Below are positions 19,538 to 20,000 of a stretch of DNA of 20,000 bases, in pieces. This DNA comes from Catajapyx aquilonaris. Lineage: Eukaryota. The translations under genes were made by a program, and so were the position numbers. The notes under the pieces are model-generated. The model searched no databases and had not been told where the DNA came from. It saw nothing but the letters and a program-made list of their open reading frames with translations. The stretch is taken from contig KZ538467.1 of the NCBI GenBank assembly GCA_000934665.2, positions 48,525 through 68,524 of the forward strand. The letters are read 5' to 3'. Position 1 is the first letter of the stretch; each line of letters begins with the position of its first letter.

Positions 19538-20000
19538 CTAAAAATGAAAGCAAAATTTCTTTAAGTCTGGGAAGTCCAATGTCTCTCTATGTCCCACCCT
19601 GGTCAACTTCTTTTAGACCACACTAATCTCGACCTGAAGGAGAGGAGATGGTTTTTAACCAGTTCCATAATTATGTTGAATTGGCATTTTTTTTAAAGAC
19701 CTATCTAGACCTGCCTAGTCCTGCCACACAAAACTGTAGCCCCTGCTAGTCCATGTTTCTCAATATTTATGTCCACAGAAACATTCTAGCTACCCTGTAC
19801 ATGATAAAACAAATAGGGGTAATGAAGGCTGACACAGCACTTGGCATGAAAAGGAGCTAAAGATGCTCTGCATAACTTGGCATCAATTGACCTTGATTTT
19901 AAAATACAGAAATTGCTACATCTCAATCCCATCCCAAACATTCAATAATTTTAAAAAACTTCTATCCAACCAGCATAGTATACGTGGTGTGGCTAAAAAG

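Noticed and set aside
19560..19640. Additional upstream exon of the SEFIR gene after the ctctccttcag acceptor-like site
   Set aside because: All three frames hit stops within about 35 nt.

Overview
Eukaryotic, most likely arthropod (insect-like), genomic DNA: GT-AG introns, tRNA-headed SINEs, many MITEs and N-gaps at G/C homopolymers. Both genes are on the minus strand. (1) At 18.7-19.5 kb are the last two coding exons of a single-pass membrane receptor with a cytoplasmic SEFIR domain (IL-17 receptor-like). (2) At 4.9-6.5 kb is the 5' end of a gene made of very small exons that the ORF track misses. The inferred N-terminus is MLRYLTHKLRTQSLNEEQPHFYK|ADDDHDSGTESDDEHIDDPQA|G..., with a DSGxxS motif and a uORF-containing leader. 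Between them lies about 11 kb dense in transposable elements: four tRNA-SINE copies from three families (two copies with exact target-site duplications), piggyBac-, Tc1/mariner-, hAT- and PIF/ISL2EU-like non-autonomous elements (some nested), a mariner transposase relic and a frameshifted LRR-type pseudogene. The most unusual structures are a tRNA-SINE whose body folds into a ~220-nt hairpin, and a structured 3' module shared by SINEs with unrelated 5' halves, with a predicted pseudoknot in one copy. I see no unambiguous new biological system; these are leads. All family assignments come from visual motif recognition, not database searches.
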